Shown: positions 37,501 through 49,500 of the stretch, piece by piece
Numbering within the stretch: the first letter of the stretch is position 1
How the letters are laid out: each line of letters opens with the position of its first letter
Assembly (NCBI RefSeq): GCF_046119375.1
Contig: NW_027362769.1
Location: 397,296,001-397,360,000 of the forward strand
Reading direction: 5' to 3'
Length of the DNA: 64,000 nucleotides
Source of the DNA: Phyllobates terribilis
Taxonomy: Eukaryota
Made by a program: the position numbers and the translations under genes
Notes under the pieces: model-generated
Seen by the model: the letters and a program-made list of their open reading frames with translations, nothing else
Told to the model about the DNA's origin: nothing
Databases searched by the model: none

Positions 37501-40500
37501 TAAAGATTTTTCTGTATTTTCATGACTATGAAAATTGTACATTCACGCTGAAGGCATCAAAACTATGAATTACCACATGTGGAATTATATACTCAACAAA
37601 AAAGTGTGAAACAACTGAAAATATGTCTTATATTCTAGGGTCTTCACATTAGCCCCCTTTTGCTTTGATGACTGCTTTGCACACTCTTGGCATTCTCTTG
37701 ATGAGCTTCAAGAGGTAGTCACCGGAAATGGTCTTCACTTCACAGGTGTGCCCTGTCAGGTTTAATAAGTGGGATTTCTTGCCTTATAAATGGGGTTGGG
37801 ACCATCAGTTGTGTTGTGCAGAAGTCAGGTGGATACACAGCTGATAGTCCTACTGCATAGACTGTTAGAATTTGTATTATGGCAAGAAAAAAGCAGCTAA
37901 GTAAAGAAAAACGAGTGGCCGTCATTACTTTACGAAATGAAGGTCAGTCAGTCCGAAAAATTGGGAAAACTTTGAAAGTGTCCCCAAGTGCAGTTGCAAA
38001 AACCATCAAGTTCTACAAAGAAACTGGTTCACATGAGGACCGCCCCAGGAAAGGAAGACCAAGAGTCACCTCTGCTTCTGAGGATAAGTTTATCCGAGTC
38101 ACCAGCCTCAGAAATCGCAGGTTAACAGCAGCTCAGATTAGATACCAGGTCAATGCCACACAGAGTTCTAGCAGCAGACACATCTCTACAACAACTGTTA
38201 AGAGGAGACTTTCTGCAGCAGGCCTTCATGGTAAAATAGCTGCTAGGAAACTACATGCCTGGTTCCCACCGTGAAGCATGCAGGAGGAGGTGTGATGGTG
38301 TGGGGGGGGCTTTGCTGGTGACTCTGTTGGGGATTTATTCAAAATTGAAGGCATACTGAACCAGCATGGCTACCACAGCATCTTGCAGCGGCATGCTATT
38401 CCATCCGGTTTGCGTTTAGTTGGACCATCATTTATTTTTCAACAGGACAATGACCCCAAACAACTCCAGGCTGTGTAAGGGCTATTTGACCAAGAAGGAG
38501 AGTGATGGGGGGCTACGCCAGATGACCTGGCCTCCACAGTCACCAGACCTGAACCCAATCGAGATGGTTTGGGGTGAGCTGGACCGCAGCGTGAAGGCAA
38601 AAGGGCCGACAAGTGCTAAGCATCTCTGGGAACTCCTTCAAGATTGTAGGAAGACCATTTCCGGTGACTACCTCTTGAAGCTCATCAAGAGAATGCCAAG
38701 AGTGTGCAAAGCAGTCATCAAACCAAAAGGTGGCTACTTTGAAGAACCTAGAATATAAGACATATTGTCAGTTGTTTCACACTTTTTTGTTAAGTCTATA
38801 ATTCCACATGTGGTAATTCATAGTTTTGATGCCTTCAGTGTGAATGTACAATTTTCAAAGTCATGAAAATACAGAAAAATCTCTAAATGAGAAGGTGTCC
38901 AAACTTTTGGTCGGTACTGTACATACATACATACATACATACATACATAACGGTGCCACAGTGTGTGTGGAGTCACCAATGTTATCGCATGATGCTCGAG
39001 GTGGACAAAGATGGCATCCATGAGGGCTTCTAGCTGACCCCTGGCTGTAATAACCCATTATCTCCCTGTTGTGGGGGCCCATGGGTGCAGTCGCCCACCC
39101 CAGCATGCAGCCTTTAAAAGACAAAAAAAAAACAGGCTGGTCAATCAGGGTTTAGGAGCGATTCCTCAGGCCGTCCCGTAATCCGGCACGTCTACTCTCG
39201 CTTTTCCGCAGGATCCATTGGACAGTTCAGGTAAACGGCGCTTGGACAACAGAGAAGAAGCCGTGCGGTGGAAACTCACAGACGACCCGGCCCCCGGGAG
39301 GAAGAAGCCCCCCGATGACAACCAGGGACATAAGAGGAAGAAGGAGCCGGTGCAGGAAGCGGGCGTCAAGAAGAAGGTGGGCGCAATGCTCGCGGCTCAT
39401 CCTACGTAGCGCTGTTTTTTTTTTTTTTCGCTCTTATTTGATCCTTTTTCCTTCTGTTTTGCAGGTGAAGGCGGAGAAAGATAAGAAAATCAAAAAGGTG
39501 CGTCCAGCGCGTAGCCACCATATTTGTGCTCTTCCCCCTCTGATCTCAGTGCTGATCCTCTGCCCGGCTCAGAGCCGCCATGTTTGTGCTCTTCCCCCCT
39601 CTGATCTCAGTGCTGATCCTCTGCCCGGCACAGAGCTGCCATGTTTGTGCTCTTCCCCCTCTGATCTCAGTGCTGATCCTCTGCCCGGCACAGAGCCGCC
39701 ATGCTTGTGCTCTTCCCCCTCTGATCTCAGTGCTGATCCTCTGCCCGGCACAGAGCCGCCATGTTTGTGCTCTTCCTTCTCTGATCTCAGTGCTGATCCT
39801 CTGTCTGGTGCAGAGCCGCCATGTTTGTGCTCTCTTCCTCCTGTGATCCTCCGCTCTCTCTCCTCTGTCTGGTGCAGAGCCGCCATGTTTGTGCTCTCTT
39901 CCCCCTGTGATCCTCCGCTCTCTCCTCTGTCTGGTGCAGAGCCGCCATGTTTGTGCTCTCTTCCCCCTGTGATCCTCCGCTCTCTCCTCTGTCTGGTGCA
40001 GAGCCGCCATGTTTGTGCTCTCTTCCTCCTGTGATCCTCCGCTCTCTCCTCTGTCTGGTGCAGAGCCGCCATGTTTGTGCTCTCTTCCCCCCTGTGATCC
40101 TCCGCTCTCTCCTCTGTCTGGTGCAGAGCCGCCATGTTTGTGCTCTCTTCCCCCTGTGATCCTCCGCTCTCTCCTCTGTCTGGTGCAGAGCCGCCATGTT
40201 TGTGCTCTCTTCCCCCTGTGATCCTCCGCTCTCTCCTCTGTCTGGTGCGGAGCCGCCATGTTTGTCCGCTCTCTCCTCTGTCCGGTGCAGAGCTGCCATG
40301 TTTGTTCTCTCTCTCTCTTCCCTCTGATCCTCCGCTCACTCCTCTGTCCGGTGCGGAGCTGCCATGTTTGTGCTGTTCCCCCTCTGATCCTCCGCTCTCT
40401 CCTCTGTCCGGTGCGGAGCTGCCATGTTTGTTCTCTCTCCTCTGTCCGGTGCGGAGCTGCCATGTTTGTTCTCTCTCTTCTCCCTCTGATCCTCCGCTCT

Positions 40501-43500
40501 CTCCTCTGTCTGGTGCGGAGCCGCCATGTTTGTTCTCTCTCTTCTCCCTCTGATCCTCCGCTCTCTCCTCTGTCCGGTGCGGAGCTGCCATGTTAGTTCT
40601 CTCTCTTCTCCCTCTGATCCTCTGCTCTCTCCTCTGTCTGGTGCGGAGCCGCCATGTTTGTTCTCTCTTCTCCCTCTGATCCTCCGCTCTCTCCTCTGTC
40701 TGGTGCGGAGCTGCCATGTTTGTTCTCTCTTCTCCCTCTGATCCTCCGCTCTCTCCTCTGTCCCGTGCGGAGCTGCCATGTTTGTTCTCTCTCTTCTCCC
40801 TCTGATCCTCCGCTCTCTCCTCTGTCCGGTGCGGAGCTGCCATGTTTGTTCTCTCTCTTCTCCCTCTGATCCTCTGCTCTCTCCTCTGTCTGGTGCAGAG
40901 CTGCCATGTTTGTGCTGTTCCCCCTCTGATCCTCTGCTCTCTCCTCTGTCCGGTGCGGAGCTGCCATGTTTGTTCGCTCTCTTCTCCCTCTGATCCTCCG
41001 CTCTCTCCTCTGTCTGGTGCGGAGCTGCCATGTTTGTTCTCTCTCTTCTCCCTCTGATCCTCCGCTCTCTCCTCTGTCCGGTGCGGAGCTGCCATGTTTG
41101 TTCTCTCTCTCTCTTCCCTCTGATCCTCCGCTCTCTCCTCTGTCTGGTGCGGAGCCGCCATGTTTTTGTTCTCTCTTCTCCCTCTGATCCTCCGCTCTCT
41201 CCTCTGTCTGGTGCAGAGCTGCCATGTTTGTTCTCTCTTCTCCCTCTGATCCTCCGCTCTCTCCTCTGTCCCGTGCGGAGCTGCCATGTTTGTTTTCTCT
41301 TCTCCCTCTGATCCTCCGCTCTCTCCTCTGTCCGGTGCGGAGCTGCCATGTTTGTTGTCTCTCTTCTCCCTCTGATCCTCCGCTCTCTCCTCTGTCCGGT
41401 GCAGAGCTGCCATGTTTGTTCTCTCTCTTCTCCCTCTGATCCTCCGCTCTCTCCTCTGTCTGGTGCGGAGCCGCCATGTTTGTTCTCTCTTCTCCCTCTG
41501 ATCCTCCGCTCTCTCCTCTGTCCGGTGCGGAGCTGCCATGTTTGTTCTCTCTCTCTCTTCCCTCTGATCCTCCGCTCTCTCCTCTGTCCGGTGCGGAGCT
41601 GCCATGTTTGTTCTCTCTCTCTCTCTCTCTTCCCTCTGATCCTCCGCTCTCTCCTCTGTCTGGTGCGGAGCCGCCATGTTTTTGTTCTCTCTTCTCCCTC
41701 TGATCCTCCGCTCTCTCCTCTGTCCCGTGCGGAGCTGCCATGTTTGTTTTCTCTTCTCCCTCTGATCCTCCGCTCTCTCCTCTGTCCGGTGCGGAGCTGC
41801 CATGTTTGTTCTCTCTCTTCTCCCTCTGATCCTCCGCTCTCTCCTCTGTCCGGTGCAGAGCTGCCATGTTTGTTCTCTCTCCTCTGTCCGGTGCGGAGCT
41901 GCCATGTTTGTTCTCTCTCTTCTCCCTCTGATCCTCCGCTCTCTCCTCTGTCTGGTGCGGAGCCGCCATGTTTGTTCTCTCTCTTCTCCCTCTGATCCTC
42001 CGCTCTCTCCTCTGTCCGGTGCGAAGCTGCCATGTTAGTTCTCTCTCTTCTCCCTCTGATCCTCTGCTCTCTCCTCTGTCTGGTGCGGAGCCGCCATGTT
42101 TGTTCTCTCTCTTCTCCCTCTGATCCTCCGCTCTCTCCTCTGTCCGGTGCGGAGCTGCCATGTTTGTGCTGTTCCCCCTCTGATCCTCCGCTCTCTCCTC
42201 TGTCCGGTGCGGAGCTGCCATGTTTGTTCTCTCTCTCTTCCCTCTGATCCTCCGCTCTCTCCTCTGTCCGGTGCGGAGCTGCCATGTTTGTTCTCTCTCT
42301 TCTCCCTCTGATCCTCCGCTCTCTCCTCTGTCCGGTGCGGAGCTGCCATGTTTGTTCTCTCTCTTCTCCCTCTGATCCTCCGCTCTCTCCTCTGTCCGGT
42401 GCGGAGATGCCATGTTTGTTCTCTCTCTTCTCCCTCTGATCCTCCGCTCTCTCCTCTGTCCGGTGCGGAGCTGCCATGTTTGTTCTCTCTCTCTCTTCCC
42501 TCTGATCCTCCGCTCTCTCCTCTGTCTGGTGCGGAGCCGCCATGTTTTTGTTCTCTCTTCTCCCTCTGATCCTCCGCTCTCTCCTCTGTCCGGTGCGGAG
42601 CTGCCATGTTTGTTCTCTCTCTTCTCCCTCTGATCCTCTGCTCTCTCCTCTGTCTGGTGCAGAGCTGCCATGTTTGTGCTGTTCCCCCTCTGATCCTCCG
42701 CTCTCTCCTCTGTCCGGTGCGGAGCTGCCATGTTTGTTCTCTCTCCTCTGTCCGGTGCGGAGCTGCCATGTTTGTTCTCTCTCTTCTCCCTCTGATCCTC
42801 CGCTCTCTCCTCTGTCTGGTGCGGAGCCGCCATGTTTGTTCTCTCTCTTCTCCCTCTGATCCTCCGCTCTCTCCTCTGTCCGGTGCGGAGCTGCCATGTT
42901 AGTTCTCTCTCTTCTCCCTCTGATCCTCTGCTCTCTCCTCTGTCTGGTGCGGAGCCGCCATGTTTGTTCTCTCTTCTCCCTCTGATCCTCCGCTCTCTCC
43001 TCTGTCTGGTGCGGAGCTGCCATGTTTGTTCTCTCTTCTCCCTCTGATCCTCCGCTCTCTCCTCTGTCCGGTGCGGAGCTGCCATGTTTGTTCTCTCTTC
43101 TCCCTCTGATCCTCTGCTCTCTCCTCTGTCTGGTGCAGAGCTGCCATGTTTGTGCTGTTCCCCCTCTGATCCTCTGCTCTCTCCTCTGTCCGGTGCGGAG
43201 CTGCCATGTTTGTTCTCTCTCTCTCTTCCCTCTGATCCTCCGCTCTCTCCTCTGTCCGGTGCGGAGCTGCCATGTTTGTTCTCTCTCTCTCTTCCCTCTG
43301 ATCCTCCGCTCTCTCCTCTGTCCGGTGCGGAGCTGCCATGTTTGTTCTCTCTCTCTCTCTTCCCTCTGATCCTCCGCTCTCTCCTCTGTCCGGTGCGGAG
43401 CTGCCATGTTTGTGCTGTTCCCCCTCTGATCCTCCGCTCTCTCCTCTGTCTGGTGCTTAGCTGCCATGTTTGTTCTCTCTCTTCTCCCTCTGATCCTCCG

Positions 43501-46500
43501 CTCTCTCCTCTGTCCAGTGCGGAGCTGCCATGTTTGTTCTCTCTCTCCTCCCTCTGATCCTCCGCTCTCTCCTCTGTCCGGTGCGGAGCTGCCATGTTTG
43601 TTCTCCCTCTGATCCTTTGCTCTCTCCTCTGTCTGGTGCGGAGCCGCCATGTTTGTTCTCTCTCTTCTCCCTCTGATCCTCTGCTCTCTCCTCTGTCTGG
43701 TGCAGAGCTGCCATGTTTGTTCTCTCTCTCCTCCCTCTGATCCTCCGCTCTCTCCTCTGTCTGGTGCAGAGCTGCCATGTTTGTTCTCTCTCTTCTCCCT
43801 CTGATCCTCCGCTCTCTCCTCTGTCCAGTGCGGAGCTGCCATGTTTGTTCTCTCTCTCCTCCCTCTGATCCTCCGCTCTCTCCTCTGTCCGGTGCGGAGC
43901 TGCCATGTTTGTTCTCCCTCTGATCCTTTGCTCTCTCCTCTGTCTGGTGCGGAGCCGCCATGTTTGTTCTCTCTCTTCTCCCTCTGATCCTCTGCTCTCT
44001 CCTCTGTCTGGTGCAGAGCTGCCATGTTTGTGCTGTTCCCCCTCTGATCCTCTGCTCTCTCCTCTGTCCGGTGCGGAGCTGCCATGTTTGTTCTCTCTCT
44101 TCTCCCTCTGATCCTCTGCTCTCTCCTCTGTCTGGTGCAGAGCTGCCATGTTTGTGCTGTTCCCCCTCTGATCCTCTGCTCTCTCCTCTGTCCGGTGCGG
44201 AGCTGCCATGTTTGTTCTCTCTCTTCTCCCTCTGATCCTCCGCTCTCTCCTCTGTCCGGTGCGGAGCTGCCATGTTTGTTCTCTCTCTTCTCCCTCTGAT
44301 CCTCCGCTCTCTCCTCTGTCCGGTGCGGAGCTGCCATGTTTGTTCTCTCTCTCTCTTCCCTCTGATCCTCCGCTCTCTCCTCTGTCTGGTGCGGAGCCGC
44401 CATGTTTTTGTTCTCTCTTCTCCCTCTGATCCTCCGCTCTCTCCTCTGTCTGGTGCGGAGCTGCCATGTTTGTTCTCTCTTCTCCCTCTGATCCTCCGCT
44501 CTCTCCTCTGTCCGGTGCGGAGCTGCCATGTTTGTTCTCTCTCTTCTCCCTCTGATCCTCCGCTCTCTCCTCTGTCCGGTGCGGAGCTGCCATGTTTGTT
44601 CTCTCTCTTCTCCCTCTGATCCTCCGCTCTCTCCTCTGTCCGGTGCGGAGCTGCCATGTTTGTTCTCTCTCTTCTCCCTCTGATCCTCCGCTCTCTCCTC
44701 TGTCTGGTGCGGAGCTGCCATGTTTGTTCTCTCTCTTCTCCCTCTGATCCTCCGCTCTCTCCTCTGTCCGGTGCGGAGCTGCCATGTTTGTTCTCTCTCT
44801 CTCTTCCCTCTGATCCTCCGCTCTCTCCTCTGTCCGGTGCGGAGCTGCCATGTTTGTTCTCTCTCTCTCTTCCCTCTGATCCTCCGCTCTCTCCTCTGTC
44901 TGGTGCGGAGCTGCCATGTTTGTTCTCTCTCTCTCTTCCCTCTGATCCTCCGCTCTCTCCTCTGTCCCGTGCGGAGCTGCCATGTTTGTTCTCTCTCTTC
45001 TCCCTCTGATCCTCCGCTCTCTCCTCTGTCCGGTGCAGAGCTGCCATGTTTGTTCTCTCTCTTCTCCCTCTGATCCTCTGCTCTCTCCTCTGTCTGGTGC
45101 AGAGCTGCCGTGTTTGTGCTGTTCCCCCTCTGATCCTCTGCTCTCTCCTCTGTCCGGTGCGGAGCTGCCATGTTTGTTCTCTCTCTCTCTTCCCTCTGAT
45201 CCTCCGCTCTCTCCTCTGTCCGGTGCGGAGCTGCCATGTTTGTTCTCTCTTCTCCCTCTGATCCTCTGCTCTCTCCTCTGTCTGGTGCGGAGCTGCCATG
45301 TTTGTTCTCTCTCTTCTCCCTCTGATCCTCCGCTCTCTCCTCTGTCCGGTGCGGAGCTGCCATGTTTGTTCTCTCTCTCTCTTCCCTCTGATCCTCCGCT
45401 CTCTCCTCTGTCCGGTGCGGAGCTGCCATGTTTGTTCTCTCTTCTCCCTCTGATCCTCTGCTCTCTCCTCTGTCTGGTGCGGAGCTGCCATGTTTGTTCT
45501 CTCTCTTCTCCCTCTGATCCTCCGCTCTCTCCTCTGTCCGGTGCGGAGCTGCCATGTTTGTTCTCTCTTCTCCCTCTGATCCTCCGCTCTCTCCTCTGTC
45601 CGGTGCAGAGCTGCCATGTTTGTTCTCTCTCTTCTCCCTCTGATCCTCCGCTCTCTCCTCTGTCCGGTGCGGAGCTGCCATGTTTGTTCTCTCTCTTCTC
45701 CCTCTGATCCTCCGCTCTCTCCTCTGTCCGGTGCAGAGCTGCCATGTTTGTTCTCTCTCTTCTCCCTCTGATCCTCTGTCCGGTGCGGAGCTGCCATGTT
45801 TGTTCTCTCTCTTCTCCCTCTGATCCTCTGCTCTCTCCTCTGTCTGGTGCAGAGCTGCCATGTTTGTGCTGTTCCCCCTCTGATCCTCTGCTCTCTCCTC
45901 TGTCCGGTGCGGAGCTGCCATGTTTGTTCTCTCTCTTCTCCCTCTGATCCTCCGCTCTCTCCTCTGTCCGGTGCGGAGCTGCCATGTTTGTTCTCTCTTC
46001 TCCCTCTGATCCTCTGCTCTCTCCTCTGTCTGGTGCGGAGCTGCCATGTTTGTTCTCTCTCTTCTCCCTCTGATCCTCCGCTCTCTCCTCTGTCCGGTGC
46101 GGAGCTGCCATGTTTGTTCTCTCTCTCTCTTCCCTCTGATCCTCCGCTCTCTCCTCTGTCTGGTGCGGAGCCGCCATGTTTTTGTTCTCTCTTCTCCCTC
46201 TGATCCTCCGCTCTCTCCTCTGTCCCGTGCGGAGCTGCCATGTTTGTTTTCTCTTCTCCCTCTGATCCTCCGCTCTCTCCTCTGTCCGGTGCGGAGCTGC
46301 CATGTTTGTTCTCTCTCTTCTCCCTCTGATCCTCCGCTCTCTCCTCTGTCTGGTGCGGAGCCGCCATGTTTGTTCTCTCTTCTCCCTCTGATCCTCCGCT
46401 CTCTCCTCTGTCCGGTGCGGAGCTGCCATGTTTGTTCTCTCTCTCTCATCCCTCTGATCCTCCGCTCTCTCCTCTGTCCGGTGCAGAGCTGCCATGTTTG

Positions 46501-49500
46501 TTCTCTCTCTCTCTTCCCTCTGATCCTCCGCTCTCTCCTCTGTCTGGTGCGGAGCCGCCATGTTTTTGTTCTCTCTTCTCCCTCTGATCCTCCGCTCTCT
46601 CCTTTGTCCGGTGCGGAGCTGCCATGTTTGTTCTCTCTCTCTCTTCCCTCTGATCCTCCGCTCTCTCCTTTGTCCGGTGCGGAGCTGCCATGTTTGTTCT
46701 CTCTCTCTCTTCCCTCTGATCCTCCGCTTTCTCCTCTGTCTGGTGCGGAGCCACCATGTTTTTGTTCTCTCTTCTCCCTCTGATCCTCCGCTCTCTCCTC
46801 TGTCTGTCTGGTGCGGAGCTGCCATGTTTGTTCTCTCTCTTCTCCCTCTGATCCTCCGCTCTCTCCTCTGTCCCGTGCGGAGCTGCCATGTTTGTTCTCT
46901 CTCTTCTCCCTCTGATCCTCTGCTCTCTCCTCTGTCTGGTGCAGAGCTGCCATGTTTGTGCTGTTCCCCCTCTGATCCTCTGCTCTCTCCTCTGTCCGGT
47001 GCGGAGCTGCCATGTTTGTTCTCTCTCTTCTCCCTCTGATCCTCCGCTCTCTCCTCTGTCCGGTGCGGAGCTGCCATGTTTGTTCTCTCTCTCTCTTCCC
47101 TCTGATCCTCCGCTCTCTCCTCTGTCCGGTGCGGAGCTGCCATGTTTGTTCTCTCTCTCTCTCTTCCCTCTGATCCTCCGCTCTCTCCTCTGTCTGGTGC
47201 GGAGCCGCCATGTTTTTGTTCTCTCTTCTCCCTCTGATCCTCCGCTCTCTCCTCTGTCCGGTGCGGAGCTGCCATGTTTGTTCTCTCTCTTCTCCCTCTG
47301 ATCCTCTGCTCTCTCCTCTGTCCGGTGCAGAGCTGCCATGTTTGTTCTCTCTCTTCTCCCTCTGATCCTCTGCTCTCTCCTCTGTCTGGTGCAGAGCTGC
47401 CATGTTTGTGCTGTTCCCCCTCTGATCCTCTGCTCTCTCCTCTGTCCGGTGCGGAGCTGCCATGTTTGTTCTCTCTCTTCTCCCTCTGATCCTCCGCTCT
47501 CTCCTCTGTCCGGTGCGGAGCTGCCATGTTTGTTCTCTCTTCTCCCTCTGATCCTCTGCTCTCTCCTCTGTCTGGTGCGGAGCTGCCATGTTTGTTCTCT
47601 CTCTTCTCCCTCTGATCCTCCGCTCTCTCCTCTGTCCGGTGCGGAGCTGCCATGTTTGTTCTCTCTTCTCCCTCTGATCCTCCGCTCTCTCCTCTGTCCG
47701 GTGCGGAGCTGCCATGTTTGTTCTCTCTCTTCTCCCTCTGATCCTCCGCTCTCTCCTCTGTCCGGTGCGGAGCTGCCATGTTTGTTCTCTCTCTTCTCCC
47801 TCTGATCCTCCGCTCTCTCCTCTGTCCTGTGCGGAGCTGCCATGTTTGTTCTCTCTCTCTCTTCCCTCTGATCCTCCGCTCTCTCCTCTGTCCGGTGCGG
47901 AGCTGCCATGTTTGTTCTCTCTCTCTCTTCCCTCTGATCCTCCGCTCTCTCCTCTGTCCGGTGCGGAGCTGCCATGTTTGTTCTCTCTCTCTCTCTCTCT
48001 CTCTCTTCCCTCTGATCCTCCGCTCTCTCCTCTGTCCGGTGCGGAGCTGCCATGTTTGTTCTCTCTTCTCCCTCTGATCCTCCGCTCTCTCCTCTGTCCG
48101 GTGCGGAGCTGCCATGTTTGTTTTCTCTTCTCCCTCTGATCCTCCGCTCTCTCCTCTGTCCGGTGCGGAGCTGCCATGTTTGTTCTCTCTCTCTCTTCTC
48201 CCTCTCTCTTCTCCCTCTGATCCTCCGCTCTCTCCTCTGTCCGGTGCGGAGCTGCCATGTTTGTTCTCTCTCTCTCTTCTCCCTCTGATCCTCCGCTCTC
48301 TCCTCTGTCCGGTGCGGAGCTGCCATGTTTGTTCTCTCTCTCTCTTCTCCCTCTGATCCTCCGCTCTCTCCTCTGTCCGGTGCGGAGCTGCCATGTTTGT
48401 TCTCTCTCTCTCTTCTCCCTCTGATCCTCCGCTCTCTCCTCTGTCTGGTGCGGAGCCGCCATGTTTGTTCTCTCTCTTCTCCCTCTGATCCTCCGCTCTC
48501 TCCTCTGTCCGGTGCGGAGCTGCCATGTTTGTTCTCTCTCTCTCTTCTCCCTCTGATCCTCCGTTCTCTCCTCTGTCCGGTGCGGAGCTGCCATGTTTGT
48601 TCTCTCTCTTCTCCCTCTGATCCTCCGCTCTCTCCTCTGTCCGGTGCGGAGCTGCCATGTTTGTTCTCTCTCTCTCTCTTCTCCCTCTGATCCTCCGCTC
48701 TCTCCTCTGTCTGGTGCGGAGCCGCCATGTTTGTTCTCTCTCTTCTCCCTCTGATCCTCCGCTCTCTCCTCTGTCCGGTGCGGAGCTGCCATGTTTGTTC
48801 TCTCTCTCTCTTCTCCCTCTGATCCTCCGCTCTCTCCTCTGTCCGGTGCGGAGCTGCCATGTTTGTTCTCTCTCTCTCTTCTCCCTCTGATCCTCCGTTC
48901 TCTCCTCTGTTCTGTGCGGAGCTGCCATGTTTGTTCTCTCTCTTCTCCCTCTGATCCTCCGCTCTCTCCTCTGTCCGGTGCGGAGCTGCCATGTTTGTTC
49001 TCTCTCTCTCTTCTCCCTCTGATCCTCCGTTCTCTCCTCTGTCCGGTGCGGAGCTGCCATGTTTGTTCTCTCTCTTCTCCCTCTGATCCTCCGCTCTCTC
49101 CTCTGTCCGGTGCGGAGCTGCCATGTTTGTTCTCTCTCTCTCTTCTCCCTCTGATCCTCCGTTCTCTCCTCTGTCCGGTGCGGAGCTGCCATGTTTGTTC
49201 TCTCTCTTCTCCCTCTGATCCTCCGCTCTCTCCTCCGTCCGGCAGGAACCGCAGACTCCCTCAGAGCCGGTCCCGGTGACGGATCGCTCCCACCAGCGTG
49301 AGAAGATCGAGCGCTTCAAGCAGATGTGCCAGATGTTGGAGCGCGCGCGCAGCAGCACCTCCAGCTCCAGCTCCGACTCTGATTCTGACTCCGATTCCAA
49401 AGCTTCCCGGGGGAGCAGCGACACCGGGGAAGGGGGTGAGGGCCGATCGTCCAGGATCAGCTTCAGCACCAGCTCTGAGGAAGACGAGGAAGGAGGCGGC

